51,438 nt of DNA. Origin: an uncultured bacterium (GTDB lineage: Bacteria; Bacillota_I; Bacilli_A; RF39; UBA660). Below are positions 20,240-30,121 of the stretch, piece by piece (positions within the stretch are counted from its first letter, which is position 1; every line of letters begins with the position of its first letter). The position numbers and the translations under genes were made by a program. The notes below the pieces were generated by a model. The model was not told the DNA's origin and did not search any database. It was given only the letters and a program-made list of their open reading frames with translations. The stretch lies in assembly GCA_946611605.1 (NCBI GenBank), contig CAMODU010000003.1, positions 1 to 51,438 on the forward strand. The letters are read 5' to 3'.

Positions 20240-22042
20240 TTATTCTTCATTATCAGTTTGAAGTACAGCTAAGAATGCTTCAGGTGGCATTTCTACTCTA
20301 CCTATAGTTTTCATTCTCTTTTTACCTTCTTTTTGTTTTTCAAGAAGTTTCTTTTTACGAGAAATATCTCCACCATAACATTTAGCTAATACATTCTTTC
20401 TCATTTGAGAAATATTATCTCTTGCAATTACATGAGTACCAATACTTGCTTGTAGTGGAACTATAAATAATTGTCTAGGTATTATTTTCTTTAATGATGC
20501 AATAATCTTTTTACCTCTTTCATAAGCAAAGTCTTTATGAACTATCATTGATAATGCATCTACAGGCTCTCCATTAATTAAGATATCCATCTTAACTAAA
20601 TCTTGAGCTTTATATCCACATAATTCATAATCAAATGAAGCATATCCTTTAGTGCTGGATTTTAATCTATCAAAGAAATCATATACTATTTCTGATAAAG
20701 GAATATCATAATGAATATTAACTCTAGATTCATTTATATATTCTATATTCTTATATAATCCTCTTTTATCTTGACATAATTCCATTATAGGTCCAATATA
20801 TTCTGTAGGTACAAATATAGATGTTTCTACAAATGGTTCTTTTATTTCTTTTATTTTTTCTTTAGTTGGCATCTTACTAGGTGAATCTATAATTAATTCT
20901 TCACCATTAGTAGTAGTTACTTCATATATAACAGAAGGACTAGTTGCAATTATATCTAAATCAAATTCTCTTCTTAATCTTTCTTCAATTACATCCATAT
21001 GAAGTAATCCTAAGAAACCACATCTAAATCCAAAACCTAAAGCTTCAGATGTTTCAGGTTCAAATGTTAATGAAGCATCATTTAATTTTAATTTTTCTAA
21101 AGCTTCTTTTAAAGCATTAAACTTATTAGGCTCAATTGGAAATAATCCAGAGAATACCATTGGTTTCATTGGTTTATATCCTGGTAATGGTTCTTTAGCT
21201 TCTGATCTTTTAACAGTTAATGTATCACCTACACGAACTGTATCTATATTCTTAATAGATGCGTCAACCCATCCAACTTCTCCTGGAGTTAATTCATCAA
21301 CATTTTCTTTATTAGGTCTAGATACACCAACAGATACAACATCATATTCAGCACCTGTTTCCATCATCTTAATCCTATCATTTTTCTTAATTGATCCTGA
21401 AAATACTCTAACAGATGCAACAACACCACGATATGAATCAAAGTATGAATCAAATACTAATGCTTTAGTTTCATCTGTATCTGGTTCTTTAGGTGATGGT
21501 ATTACTTCTACTATTTTATCTAATATTTCTTTTACACCTTCACCTGTCTTAGCAGAACATAATACTATATCTTCTTCTTTAAATCCTAATGTAGTAGTTA
21601 ATTCTTTTATTCTTTTAGGCACATCAGCATTAGGTAAATCTATTTTATTAATAACAGGTATAATTGTAAGATCTGAATCTAATGCTAAATAAAAGTTAGC
21701 TAATGTTTGAGCTTCAATACCTTGCGCAGCATCAATTAATAATAATGCACCTTCACATGCAGCAAGTGAACGTGAAACTTCATATGAGAAGTCTACATGC
21801 CCTGGTGTATCTATTAAATGAAATATATATTCCTCGTCTTTATATTTATAATTTAATTTAACTGCATTTAATTTAATAGTAATGCCACGTTCTCTTTCTA
21901 TATCCATATTATCAAGTAATTGATCTTTCATATCATGAGAATCTACATTTCCAGTTAATTCTAATATTCTATCAGCTAATGTAGATTTACCATGGTCTAT
22001 ATGAGCGATTATAGAAAAATTTCTAATATGTTTTAAATCCAT
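20240..22042 (-). CDS. lepA: Elongation factor 4
   Basis: [20 protein letters not shown]; [25 protein letters not shown]. Confidence 0.98.
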   Translation of the reverse strand: MDLKHIRNFSIIAHIDHGKSTLADRILELTGNVDSHDMKDQLLDNMDIERERGITIKLNAVKLNYKYKDEEYIFHLIDTPGHVDFSYEVSRSLAACEGALLLIDAAQGIEAQTLANFYLALDSDLTIIPVINKIDLPNADVPKRIKELTTTLGFKEEDIVLCSAKTGEGVKEILDKIVEVIPSPKEPDTDETKALVFDSYFDSYRGVVASVRVFSGSIKKNDRIKMMETGAEYDVVSVGVSRPNKENVDELTPGEVGWVDASIKNIDTVRVGDTLTVKRSEAKEPLPGYKPMKPMVFSGLFPIEPNKFNALKEALEKLKLNDASLTFEPETSEALGFGFRCGFLGLLHMDVIEERLRREFDLDIIATSPSVIYEVTTTNGEELIIDSPSKMPTKEKIKEIKEPFVETSIFVPTEYIGPIMELCQDKRGLYKNIEYINESRVNIHYDIPLSEIVYDFFDRLKSSTKGYASFDYELCGYKAQDLVKMDILINGEPVDALSMIVHKDFAYERGKKIIASLKKIIPRQLFIVPLQASIGTHVIARDNISQMRKNVLAKCYGGDISRKKKLLEKQKEGKKRMKTIGRVEMPPEAFLAVLQTDNEE

Positions 22043-22097
22043 ATTAATCACCTATTTCTAATTATATCAAATATAAAATAAAAAGGTACTATTGTAC

Positions 22098-22961
22098 CTA
22101 ATTATTTACTTGTCTTTTTACTCTTATTGCTTCTAAATGTTCAATTAACTTATCTACTGTTAATTCTTCTTGAGATATAGCATTAATAAATACTACATCA
22201 CCTATTAGTTTATTATCGATCATATCTTCAATTAAATCATATCTTCTCTTACTTACTAAAGATTTAATATGTTTAGCTATTTCTAGATTATTATTTAATA
22301 ATAATGAGTATACTAATTCTCTAAACTTATCATCACCTAAGTTAGAATATAAATCATCATTTATTATTTCACCATCTATTAAAGAACGATTAAGTAACTC
22401 TAATAAACTTTTGAAGTTTGCTTTATATCTTTCTTCAAATAAGATATTGAAGGTATTCCATCCTTCTTTATTATATAGTAATGAATTAATATAACTTCTT
22501 AATTCATAAGGTAAATCTTTATATAAAACATCTAATTGAATACCATTGAAAGATTCATTACCTTTCTTAAGGTTATTATACATTTCATCAATTTTATGCT
22601 CATTCATATATTCTTCTTCAGTCTTATCAACTAAATTATGTTCTTGATCATAATAATCAAAGAATTCTTTATCTTGTTTCTTATCATCTGATAGATTTAA
22701 ATATAACATTAATAAATGAATTAAATCTTTTTCTTCTAAATTAATTATATATTTATTTACAATTTCACATATTTCATAATATTTATGATATTTAGATACC
22801 TCGACAAGGAAGGTATCAATTAATGTTTTATTTTTATTATATTTAGCTAACATATCTTTGCTGTTAATTAGTTTATCTTGTACATCTTTATCTTTTACAA
22901 ATGGTACTAACCCATGATACATAGTATCAAAACGTTTCCCACTAAATAACTTAGAAAACAT
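22098..22961 (-). CDS. Hypothetical helical protein
   Basis: 287-aa ORF with a strong AGGAGG RBS; no recognised motif. Confidence 0.7.
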   Translation of the reverse strand: MFSKLFSGKRFDTMYHGLVPFVKDKDVQDKLINSKDMLAKYNKNKTLIDTFLVEVSKYHKYYEICEIVNKYIINLEEKDLIHLLMLYLNLSDDKKQDKEFFDYYDQEHNLVDKTEEEYMNEHKIDEMYNNLKKGNESFNGIQLDVLYKDLPYELRSYINSLLYNKEGWNTFNILFEERYKANFKSLLELLNRSLIDGEIINDDLYSNLGDDKFRELVYSLLLNNNLEIAKHIKSLVSKRRYDLIEDMIDNKLIGDVVFINAISQEELTVDKLIEHLEAIRVKRQVNN

Positions 22962-23027
22962 ATTAACCCCTCCTTCTTTTATTCACAAGTGCTTATTATA
23001 TTATATATACATATAAAAAGTCAAAGA

Positions 23028-23954
23028 TTATTTATCCTTGACTGCATTATAAACGTTCTTTTTAGCTCTATAATATTGTTCATCTGTTATACTATCTAAC
23101 TCTTCATATGGTAATTCATTATCTGCATTAGATACTATTTTAATAAAGTAATCTATTAATTCATGATGAATACCTATACTTTCTAGATAATACATATATT
23201 CATAATACTCATCTAATTTCAGATTATTAATATTATATCCATATAAGAAATTTAATACCATTATTATATAACAGTATATATCAGTATCTCTTGATGGTAC
23301 TATATAACCAAATTCAGCCCTATAATTATATTTATCATTTTCATCATACATTCCATAGTTTTTAGAGTATATTTCATATTTATTATCTACATAATTTAAT
23401 AATGCCATAGGTGATAATACTTTAGATGGAAATGGCTTATTATCAGCTATCTTACATGAATCTAAATCTATTACCTTAATATCTTTAGTTTCTTTATCAA
23501 TAATTATATTAGCATCATGTAAATCATTAATATATATTGAATCTAATGGACTATTAATTCTAATCTTATCTAATTGATCTAATAGTTTACTTACTTCTTT
23601 TAAATAATGTATTTTACTCTCTAAAGGAACTGTATTATCTTTTAAATATACTGATAAAACAGGGCCTTCAACTAATTCCATAGCAAAACCTTCAATACTA
23701 CCTTGTACTGAACATAAATAATCTGGAATAACAAAAGATTCAGGTAAATACTCCCTAAATGTATCCAATAATTCTAATGTATATAACTTATTAGCAAATG
23801 TAGGACCAGATAATCTATGTAAATTCTTAAATACCTTTAACTTATTTCTTAAGTTAGCAATTAATAGTTTTGCTTCAGTATTAATAATAGATGAATCTAA
23901 TTCTAGATCAATTAAATTGTTATACTTTTTCTTTGACATATTAACTATTTCCAT
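23028..23954 (-). CDS. Atypical protein-kinase-fold protein
   Basis: KVFK (beta3 Lys), GFAMELVEG (hinge), NDLHDANI (catalytic loop), IDLDS (DFG equivalent), TDIYCY (subdomain IX). Confidence 0.75.
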   Translation of the reverse strand: MEIVNMSKKKYNNLIDLELDSSIINTEAKLLIANLRNKLKVFKNLHRLSGPTFANKLYTLELLDTFREYLPESFVIPDYLCSVQGSIEGFAMELVEGPVLSVYLKDNTVPLESKIHYLKEVSKLLDQLDKIRINSPLDSIYINDLHDANIIIDKETKDIKVIDLDSCKIADNKPFPSKVLSPMALLNYVDNKYEIYSKNYGMYDENDKYNYRAEFGYIVPSRDTDIYCYIIMVLNFLYGYNINNLKLDEYYEYMYYLESIGIHHELIDYFIKIVSNADNELPYEELDSITDEQYYRAKKNVYNAVKDK

Positions 23955-24047
23955 ACAAATTTCCTCTTTAAATACGTTATATTATAGTAAAATATGCTTA
24001 TTTATGCAAATTTTAGAGAATAAAAAAGATATGTTATTACATATCTT

Positions 24048-24503
24048 TTACTTATTTGTAGAACCAAATCCACCTAATCTTTCACCTTCAGCTTTATCAT
24101 CATCAGTAATTAGGTATTTAGCAAATACACCTTGACCTATAGCATCACCTTTTTTGATTTCAATATCTTCATCTTTAATATTAAAGAATGCAAACATGAT
24201 ATGTCCATCATTATCAGGATTACCATAGTAATCTTTATCAATAACACCAACAGAATTAGCTAGTATTAAACCTTTTTTCTTAGGATTAGAACTTCTATTA
24301 TATAAATATAATACTTCATCATCTTCCATGTAAGCTTTAATACCTGTAGGTATTAATGTAGGTGCATCACCTTTTTTAAAACTAGGTACTACTACATCCT
24401 CAGCTGCTTCTATATCGTATCCAGCAGAATATTTAGTTTTTCTTATTGGTAGATTAATACCTTTATCTTCAAAACCAGCTGCTACTTCAAAACCTCTTGC
24501 CAT
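24048..24503 (-). CDS. dut: dUTP diphosphatase (trimeric)
   Basis: SAGYD, RSS, GVIDKDYY, IGQG, RLGGFGST. Start MARGF after GGAGG. Confidence 0.95.
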   Translation of the reverse strand: MARGFEVAAGFEDKGINLPIRKTKYSAGYDIEAAEDVVVPSFKKGDAPTLIPTGIKAYMEDDEVLYLYNRSSNPKKKGLILANSVGVIDKDYYGNPDNDGHIMFAFFNIKDEDIEIKKGDAIGQGVFAKYLITDDDKAEGERLGGFGSTNK

Positions 24504-24514
24504 CTTATAACCTC

Positions 24515-26671
24515 CTATCGACAACCACAGTCTTCTATATTATCTAAATGAACAACTCGTTCTTTGATTTCCTTAGTTTTACCTTCATTCCACCAATGTT
24601 CACCTAAATAACCACATGTTCTTCTTGTAACATTTAATCTATTTCTATCTTTATTACCACAGTTAGGACATTCCCATTCATTATCATCATTGATAATTAT
24701 TTCACCATCAAATCCACATACTTGACAATAATCACTCTTAGTATTAAATTCAGCATACTGAACATTTTCATAAATATACTTAACTACTTCTTCTAATGCT
24801 TTTAAGTTCTTTTGCATGTTACCTACTTCAATATATGAAATAGCTCCACCTGTAGATAACTTTTGTAATTCTGTTTCGAATTCTAACTTCTTAAATGCAT
24901 CTATATGTTCTCTTACATCTATATGATAAGAATTAGTATAATATCCTTTATCAGTTATATCTTTAATCTTACCAAATCTTTCTTTATCAATCTTAGCAAA
25001 TCTATAACATAAACTTTCAGCAGGAGTACCATATAATGCAAATCCTAATCCTGTTTCTTTTTTCCATTCAGCACATTTATCTTTCATATGTTGCATTACT
25101 TTAGTTGCAAATGGTAATCCTACTTCAGGATCAGTATGAGATACACCTTTCATTAATTTAGTTAATTCATATAAGCCAATATAACCTAATGACAATGTAG
25201 AATATCCACCCATTAGATATTTATCTATTTTTTCACCTTTATCTAATCTTGCTATAGCACCATATTGCCAATGTATAGGAGATATATCAGAAGTAACACC
25301 AAGTAAAGCATGATGTCTACACATTAATGCTTCTCTACATATATCTAATCTTTCATCAAATAACTCCCAGAACTTATCTTCATCACCATCAGCAATTATA
25401 CCTATTTGAGGTAAGTTAATTGATACAACACCTTGATTAAATCTACCTTCAAATTTATAATTACCATTTTCATCTTTCCATGGAGATAAGAATGATCTAC
25501 ATCCCATTGGTGAGAATACATTACCTTCATAATTTTCTCTCATCTTCTTAGCTGAGATGTAATCAGGGTACATTCTCTTAGCTGAGCATTTAACTGCTAA
25601 ATGAGTTAAATAATCATATTTACCACCTGATAAGTTATTATTCTCATCAAGTACATATACAAGTTTAGGGAATGCTGGTGTTACATATACACCTACTTCA
25701 TTCTTTATACCTAACAATCTTTGATTTAATATTTCTTCAATTATCATAGCATTTTCTTCTATATAAGGGTCTCCATCTCTTAAATATAAGAATAATGTTA
25801 CGAATGGAGCTTGCCCATTTGTAGTCATTAAAGTATTAATTTGATATTGAATAGTTTGAACACCAGCAGAAAGTTCCTTCTTTAATTCTTCCATTACTAA
25901 TGCTTCTAACTTTTCTTTATCTATATCTTTTCCTAATACTTTCTTAATTCTTTTTTCTATCTTTTCTTTAGATTTTCTTAAATATTTACCTAAATGTCTA
26001 ATATCAACTGATTGACCACCATATTGATTTGATGCTACAGTTGCTATTATTTGAGAAGTAACTATACAAGCAACTTGAAAGCTTTTAGGAGATTCAATCA
26101 TCTTACCATTCATGACAGTTCCATTGTCTAACATATCTTGAATGTTTATTAAACAACAATTAAATATAGGTTGAATAAAGTAATCCATATCATGGAAATG
26201 TAATAAACCATCTTCATGAGCTTTAACTATCTTTTCAGGTAATAATACTCTCTTAGTTAAATCACGAGACACTTCACCTGCAATATAATCTCTTTCAGTT
26301 GAAGCCATACGAGTATTTTTATTAGAGTTTTCATCTCTTAATTCTTTATTTTCATCTCTTATTAAAGATAATATAGATTCATCTGTAGTATTACTCTTTC
26401 TAACTAATGCTCTATTGTATCTATATACAATATAACATTTAGCTAATTCATAATGCTTCATTTCCATTAATTTTTGTTCAATGATATCTTGAATATCTTC
26501 AACAAGAATTCTTTTCTTATTTAAACTTTCTATATATTTAATTATTTTTTTAATTTCTGAATCAGTAGCTCTTTCATCTTCAGCTACCTCATTATTAGCC
26601 TTACCAATAGCTACTTTGATCTTTTCAGTATCATAGTCGACAATATGACCATCTCTCTTAATTACTTTCAT
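24515..26671 (-). CDS. nrdD: Anaerobic (class III) ribonucleoside-triphosphate reductase with ATP cone
   Basis: MKVIKRDG ATP cone, NCCL, PMGCRSFL, CQVC/CPNC, RRTCGYLG. Confidence 0.96.
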   Translation of the reverse strand: MKVIKRDGHIVDYDTEKIKVAIGKANNEVAEDERATDSEIKKIIKYIESLNKKRILVEDIQDIIEQKLMEMKHYELAKCYIVYRYNRALVRKSNTTDESILSLIRDENKELRDENSNKNTRMASTERDYIAGEVSRDLTKRVLLPEKIVKAHEDGLLHFHDMDYFIQPIFNCCLINIQDMLDNGTVMNGKMIESPKSFQVACIVTSQIIATVASNQYGGQSVDIRHLGKYLRKSKEKIEKRIKKVLGKDIDKEKLEALVMEELKKELSAGVQTIQYQINTLMTTNGQAPFVTLFLYLRDGDPYIEENAMIIEEILNQRLLGIKNEVGVYVTPAFPKLVYVLDENNNLSGGKYDYLTHLAVKCSAKRMYPDYISAKKMRENYEGNVFSPMGCRSFLSPWKDENGNYKFEGRFNQGVVSINLPQIGIIADGDEDKFWELFDERLDICREALMCRHHALLGVTSDISPIHWQYGAIARLDKGEKIDKYLMGGYSTLSLGYIGLYELTKLMKGVSHTDPEVGLPFATKVMQHMKDKCAEWKKETGLGFALYGTPAESLCYRFAKIDKERFGKIKDITDKGYYTNSYHIDVREHIDAFKKLEFETELQKLSTGGAISYIEVGNMQKNLKALEEVVKYIYENVQYAEFNTKSDYCQVCGFDGEIIINDDNEWECPNCGNKDRNRLNVTRRTCGYLGEHWWNEGKTKEIKERVVHLDNIEDCGCR

Positions 26672-26724
26672 ATAAATTACCTCTCCGTCCAATATAAATA
26701 TATCATATTTATAGAAAAATAAAA

Positions 26725-26740
26725 TGTTGCTTTTGCAACA
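26725..26740. promoter_or_regulatory. Perfect palindrome TGTTGC-TTTT-GCAACA, candidate operator of the adjacent Crp/Fnr regulator
   Basis: Overlaps the -35 of a TTGCTT(26727)-17-TAAAAT(26750) promoter in the nrdD/crp divergent region. Confidence 0.7.
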
Positions 26741-26783
26741 ATATTTTTATAAAATAAAATAGATAGATTTGAGGTGATAAAGA

Positions 26784-27416
26784 ATGTACGATTTTATGGT
26801 ATTTGATGGCATAGAAGAAACCGATGTCAAAAAATTGTTAACTGAATTTAATGCATTAACTTTACACTATAAAAAAGAAGCAACAATACTTTCTAATGTA
26901 TCTAATACTTCTTCATTCTTTATTATCCAATCAGGTAAAGCTAATATTATAAGATATAATTTCAATGGTACTAAAACAATAATGGAAAGAATGGATAAAG
27001 GTGATATTTTTGGATCATTCTCGGGAACAATTGACGATGACTTATATGTTATAGCTGATACAGATACAGACGTTATAGTATTTGAATATAATAAATTAAT
27101 TCAAAGATCAGGAAAGAATATTGATGCACATAATAAATTAATAGATAATGTATTAAATAAGATAGCTGATAAATTAACTTCCTATAATGAACGTATAGAA
27201 GTATTAACAGAAAAAACTATAAGAGATAAATTATTAAAGTTCTTTGGTTATTTATCTAAAAAACAAATAACTAAAGCAATAGTTATTCCTTATACTTTAT
27301 CTGATTTAGCTGACTATCTAGCTGTTGATAGATCAGCGATGATGAGAGAAATTAAAAACTTAAATGATGATGGTTTAATTGAATCTAAAGGAAGATATAT
27401 AAATCTTAAGTATTAA
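26784..27416 (+). CDS. Crp/Fnr family transcriptional regulator
   Basis: cNMP-binding-like fold (G..FG) and HTH LADYLAVDRSAMMRE. Confidence 0.9.
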   Translation: MYDFMVFDGIEETDVKKLLTEFNALTLHYKKEATILSNVSNTSSFFIIQSGKANIIRYNFNGTKTIMERMDKGDIFGSFSGTIDDDLYVIADTDTDVIVFEYNKLIQRSGKNIDAHNKLIDNVLNKIADKLTSYNERIEVLTEKTIRDKLLKFFGYLSKKQITKAIVIPYTLSDLADYLAVDRSAMMREIKNLNDDGLIESKGRYINLKY

Positions 27417-27447
27417 AAAAAGATATCAAATGATATCTTTTATTTTT
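27415..27447. terminator. Bidirectional terminator between convergent genes
   Basis: aaaagatatca-aa-tgatatctttt flanked by A and T tracts. Confidence 0.75.
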
Positions 27448-28672
27448 GTAATATAATAACTGGGCGAACACCAAGCATTAAAGAATATCTAGCAGCATAA
27501 CCATTATCACCATATTGATGTGACGAAATTACTACCCACATCAAATCAATAGCACGAAGATTACCAGTATAATATGATGTATTAGATACCCAATCTTCTC
27601 CAACGCATGCACTTCCAGAACCATTACATCCTAATTCACTCATTTCTTCATAAGTTAATAATCTACCACTTGTAATGACACCTTGTCTATTTAAATATGA
27701 TACATAATTTTCAACATATCTAGCTATATTAGCTACATAATCACCATCAGTAATCTTATTAGTATAAATATATGGGTATACTAAATTATCATCATTATCA
27801 TAATATTGATTATTTTTAAAAATATATCCACCATATTCATCATATATTTTACTATTCTCACTATCTAAATAGTATTGACCATTTGTATTAAATGGTACAG
27901 CACCAGGATAAACATTATTAACCTTTGTAGATTCATCACTATTCCATCCAATAGCTAAGCTATTTTGTATTCCTTCTGTACCAGGTTGAAGATTTTCTCC
28001 TACATTCAAATTATACTTAGCAAATAATTTAACATGATCTGCATCTTCTTGTCCTATTACATAAAATTCTTCATCAGCTATTTTTACTACTGAACCTACT
28101 GTATCTAAATCACCTGATATTATTTGATAATTAGGAGTATAAACACCTTCTTCAGTTCTCTCAACAGCACTAGGAACTAGTGTTAATGTGAATTCTATTT
28201 GAACTTCCTTTAATAATGGTTTTGTTAATGTTATTGTTATTGATCCATTTTTTGATGTCTTGGCTGGTAATGATGTAGTATGATCACTTGTTGTAGGATC
28301 AAATCCTGTAAATGAAATAGTATAGTAATCAGAGTAGTCTACTCCATCTACTGTGTTAACAGCATTAAACTCTACATTAACATTTGCATCATATTGAGAC
28401 GAATTATTATATACTGTATAGTCTAATGTTGAACTATTTCCCACAAATGATAACTTTTTAGTAACATATGTTATTTCTTTATTATTTGATGGATTTATTG
28501 TTGCTGTTGATCCTTCTTCTGTTATTGCTGAAGTAAAATAAACATCAAAGTCATTTTGATTACTTCCTACAACAGTATTTCCATTTATTATTAGATTTGT
28601 TGCTACTGCTGCAAATCCAACAGCAAGTATTAATATTAATCCAACTATTCCGTGTTTAGTCATTTTTTTCAT
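27440..28672 (-). CDS. Exported protein with an Ig-like N-domain and a C-terminal domain ending in GVRPVI (C-type-lectin-like, inferred)
   Basis: N-terminal signal peptide; EEFYVIG, RLLTYEE, YYTG and terminal GVRPVIIL. Confidence 0.7.
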   Translation of the reverse strand: MKKMTKHGIVGLILILAVGFAAVATNLIINGNTVVGSNQNDFDVYFTSAITEEGSTATINPSNNKEITYVTKKLSFVGNSSTLDYTVYNNSSQYDANVNVEFNAVNTVDGVDYSDYYTISFTGFDPTTSDHTTSLPAKTSKNGSITITLTKPLLKEVQIEFTLTLVPSAVERTEEGVYTPNYQIISGDLDTVGSVVKIADEEFYVIGQEDADHVKLFAKYNLNVGENLQPGTEGIQNSLAIGWNSDESTKVNNVYPGAVPFNTNGQYYLDSENSKIYDEYGGYIFKNNQYYDNDDNLVYPYIYTNKITDGDYVANIARYVENYVSYLNRQGVITSGRLLTYEEMSELGCNGSGSACVGEDWVSNTSYYTGNLRAIDLMWVVISSHQYGDNGYAARYSLMLGVRPVIILQK

Positions 28673-28756
28673 ATTATCACCTACTATAATTATATATTAT
28701 ATTAATAGATAAATATATCGATTACTCATATGTTTACATATAAAAAGGAAGAAGCA

Positions 28757-28981
28757 TTATACTTCTCCCCAATCTAACTTTTTAAAGTTATTTTGAATAG
28801 ATCTTATATTTAATCTTTCTTCTATAGTTAATTCTTTAATCTTAATATCATTAATGATTAATTCATTATTAACAATATCTACTTCTACATCATCAGTATC
28901 TTTTACTTTTAACTTAGATAATGTGTTCTTAGGTAATTCTATAGAATATTTATCTTTAATAGCTTTTATAGTCGCTTTCAA
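28757..28981 (-). CDS. AbrB/MazE-like DNA-binding protein (no toxin partner)
   Basis: SIELPK..L..L..KDTD.VEV..VNNELII and C-terminal LTIEE...LDWGE; GGAGG RBS. Confidence 0.7.
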   Translation of the reverse strand: MKATIKAIKDKYSIELPKNTLSKLKVKDTDDVEVDIVNNELIINDIKIKELTIEERLNIRSIQNNFKKLDWGEV

Positions 28982-28993
28982 TATAATTCCTCC

Positions 28994-30121
28994 TTAATTT
29001 GTATATTTATTATATACTTTAAATACATTATCAGAATCTAGTTTAGTACTATCTAATTCTTTTAATAGTTCTTTTTGTTTTCTATCTAATTTAGTAGGTA
29101 TGATGATTGATGCTATACCAATAGTATCACCTTTTCTACCAGTTTTTTCATCATCTACACCTTTGCCTCTAAATTTAAATTTATCACCATTTTGAGTACC
29201 AGATGGAATATCAGCAATTATAGTACCTTGAATTGTAGGTATTTCTTTCTTACATCCAAGAATAGCTTCTGTAATAGTTAAAGGTATTTTAACATATACA
29301 TCTCTTCCATCTCTTTGATATATTTCGTGTTCTTTAACTCTAAAGTTAATATAAATATCTCCTCTAGGTCCATCAAATAAACCTGCATTACCTTTACCTG
29401 GCATACGCATAGTATCTCCATCTTCTACACCACGAGGAACTCTTAATTTAATAGTCCTTTTATGTTTAACAACACCGTCTCCACCACAGTTAGTACATTT
29501 ATTAGTAAATTCTCTACCTGTACCACTACAGTTTGGACAAGGTGATTCAGATTGGAATATTCCAAATAATGATTGTCTTTGTTCTACAACTCTACCTGAT
29601 CCACCGCATGTCGAACAAATTTTTTCTCCTGTTCCTCCATGTCCATTACAAGTATCACATGCATCAATTATATTAATATCAAATGATTTTTCAGTACCAT
29701 ATACAGCATCTTCAAAATCTAATATGATATTAACTTCCATATCAGAACCTCTAGTTTGTCTTCTACCACCTCTAGAAGATCTTCCACCAAATCCTGATCC
29801 AAATCCACCACCAAATACTTGTGATAATATTTCATCAAGACCCATATCTGAGAAATCGAATCCTTGGAATCCTCCACCAAATCCACCTGCACCTGATCCA
29901 TCAAATGCACCAGATCCAAATTGGTCATATGTTTTTCTCTTTTGTTCATCAGATAATACTTGATAAGCTTCACTTATTTCTTTAAATTTAGCTTCATCAC
30001 CAGTTTCTTTATTATCTGGATGATATTTCTTAGCAAGTTTTCTAAATGCTGATTTAATATCAGCAGTAGATGCTGATTTGTCTACACCAAGAGTTTCATA
30101 ATAATCTTTATTACTTGCCAT
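28994..30121 (-). CDS. dnaJ: Chaperone DnaJ
   Basis: HPD J-domain, G/F region, four CxxCxGxG repeats. Confidence 0.98.
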   Translation of the reverse strand: MASNKDYYETLGVDKSASTADIKSAFRKLAKKYHPDNKETGDEAKFKEISEAYQVLSDEQKRKTYDQFGSGAFDGSGAGGFGGGFQGFDFSDMGLDEILSQVFGGGFGSGFGGRSSRGGRRQTRGSDMEVNIILDFEDAVYGTEKSFDINIIDACDTCNGHGGTGEKICSTCGGSGRVVEQRQSLFGIFQSESPCPNCSGTGREFTNKCTNCGGDGVVKHKRTIKLRVPRGVEDGDTMRMPGKGNAGLFDGPRGDIYINFRVKEHEIYQRDGRDVYVKIPLTITEAILGCKKEIPTIQGTIIADIPSGTQNGDKFKFRGKGVDDEKTGRKGDTIGIASIIIPTKLDRKQKELLKELDSTKLDSDNVFKVYNKYTN

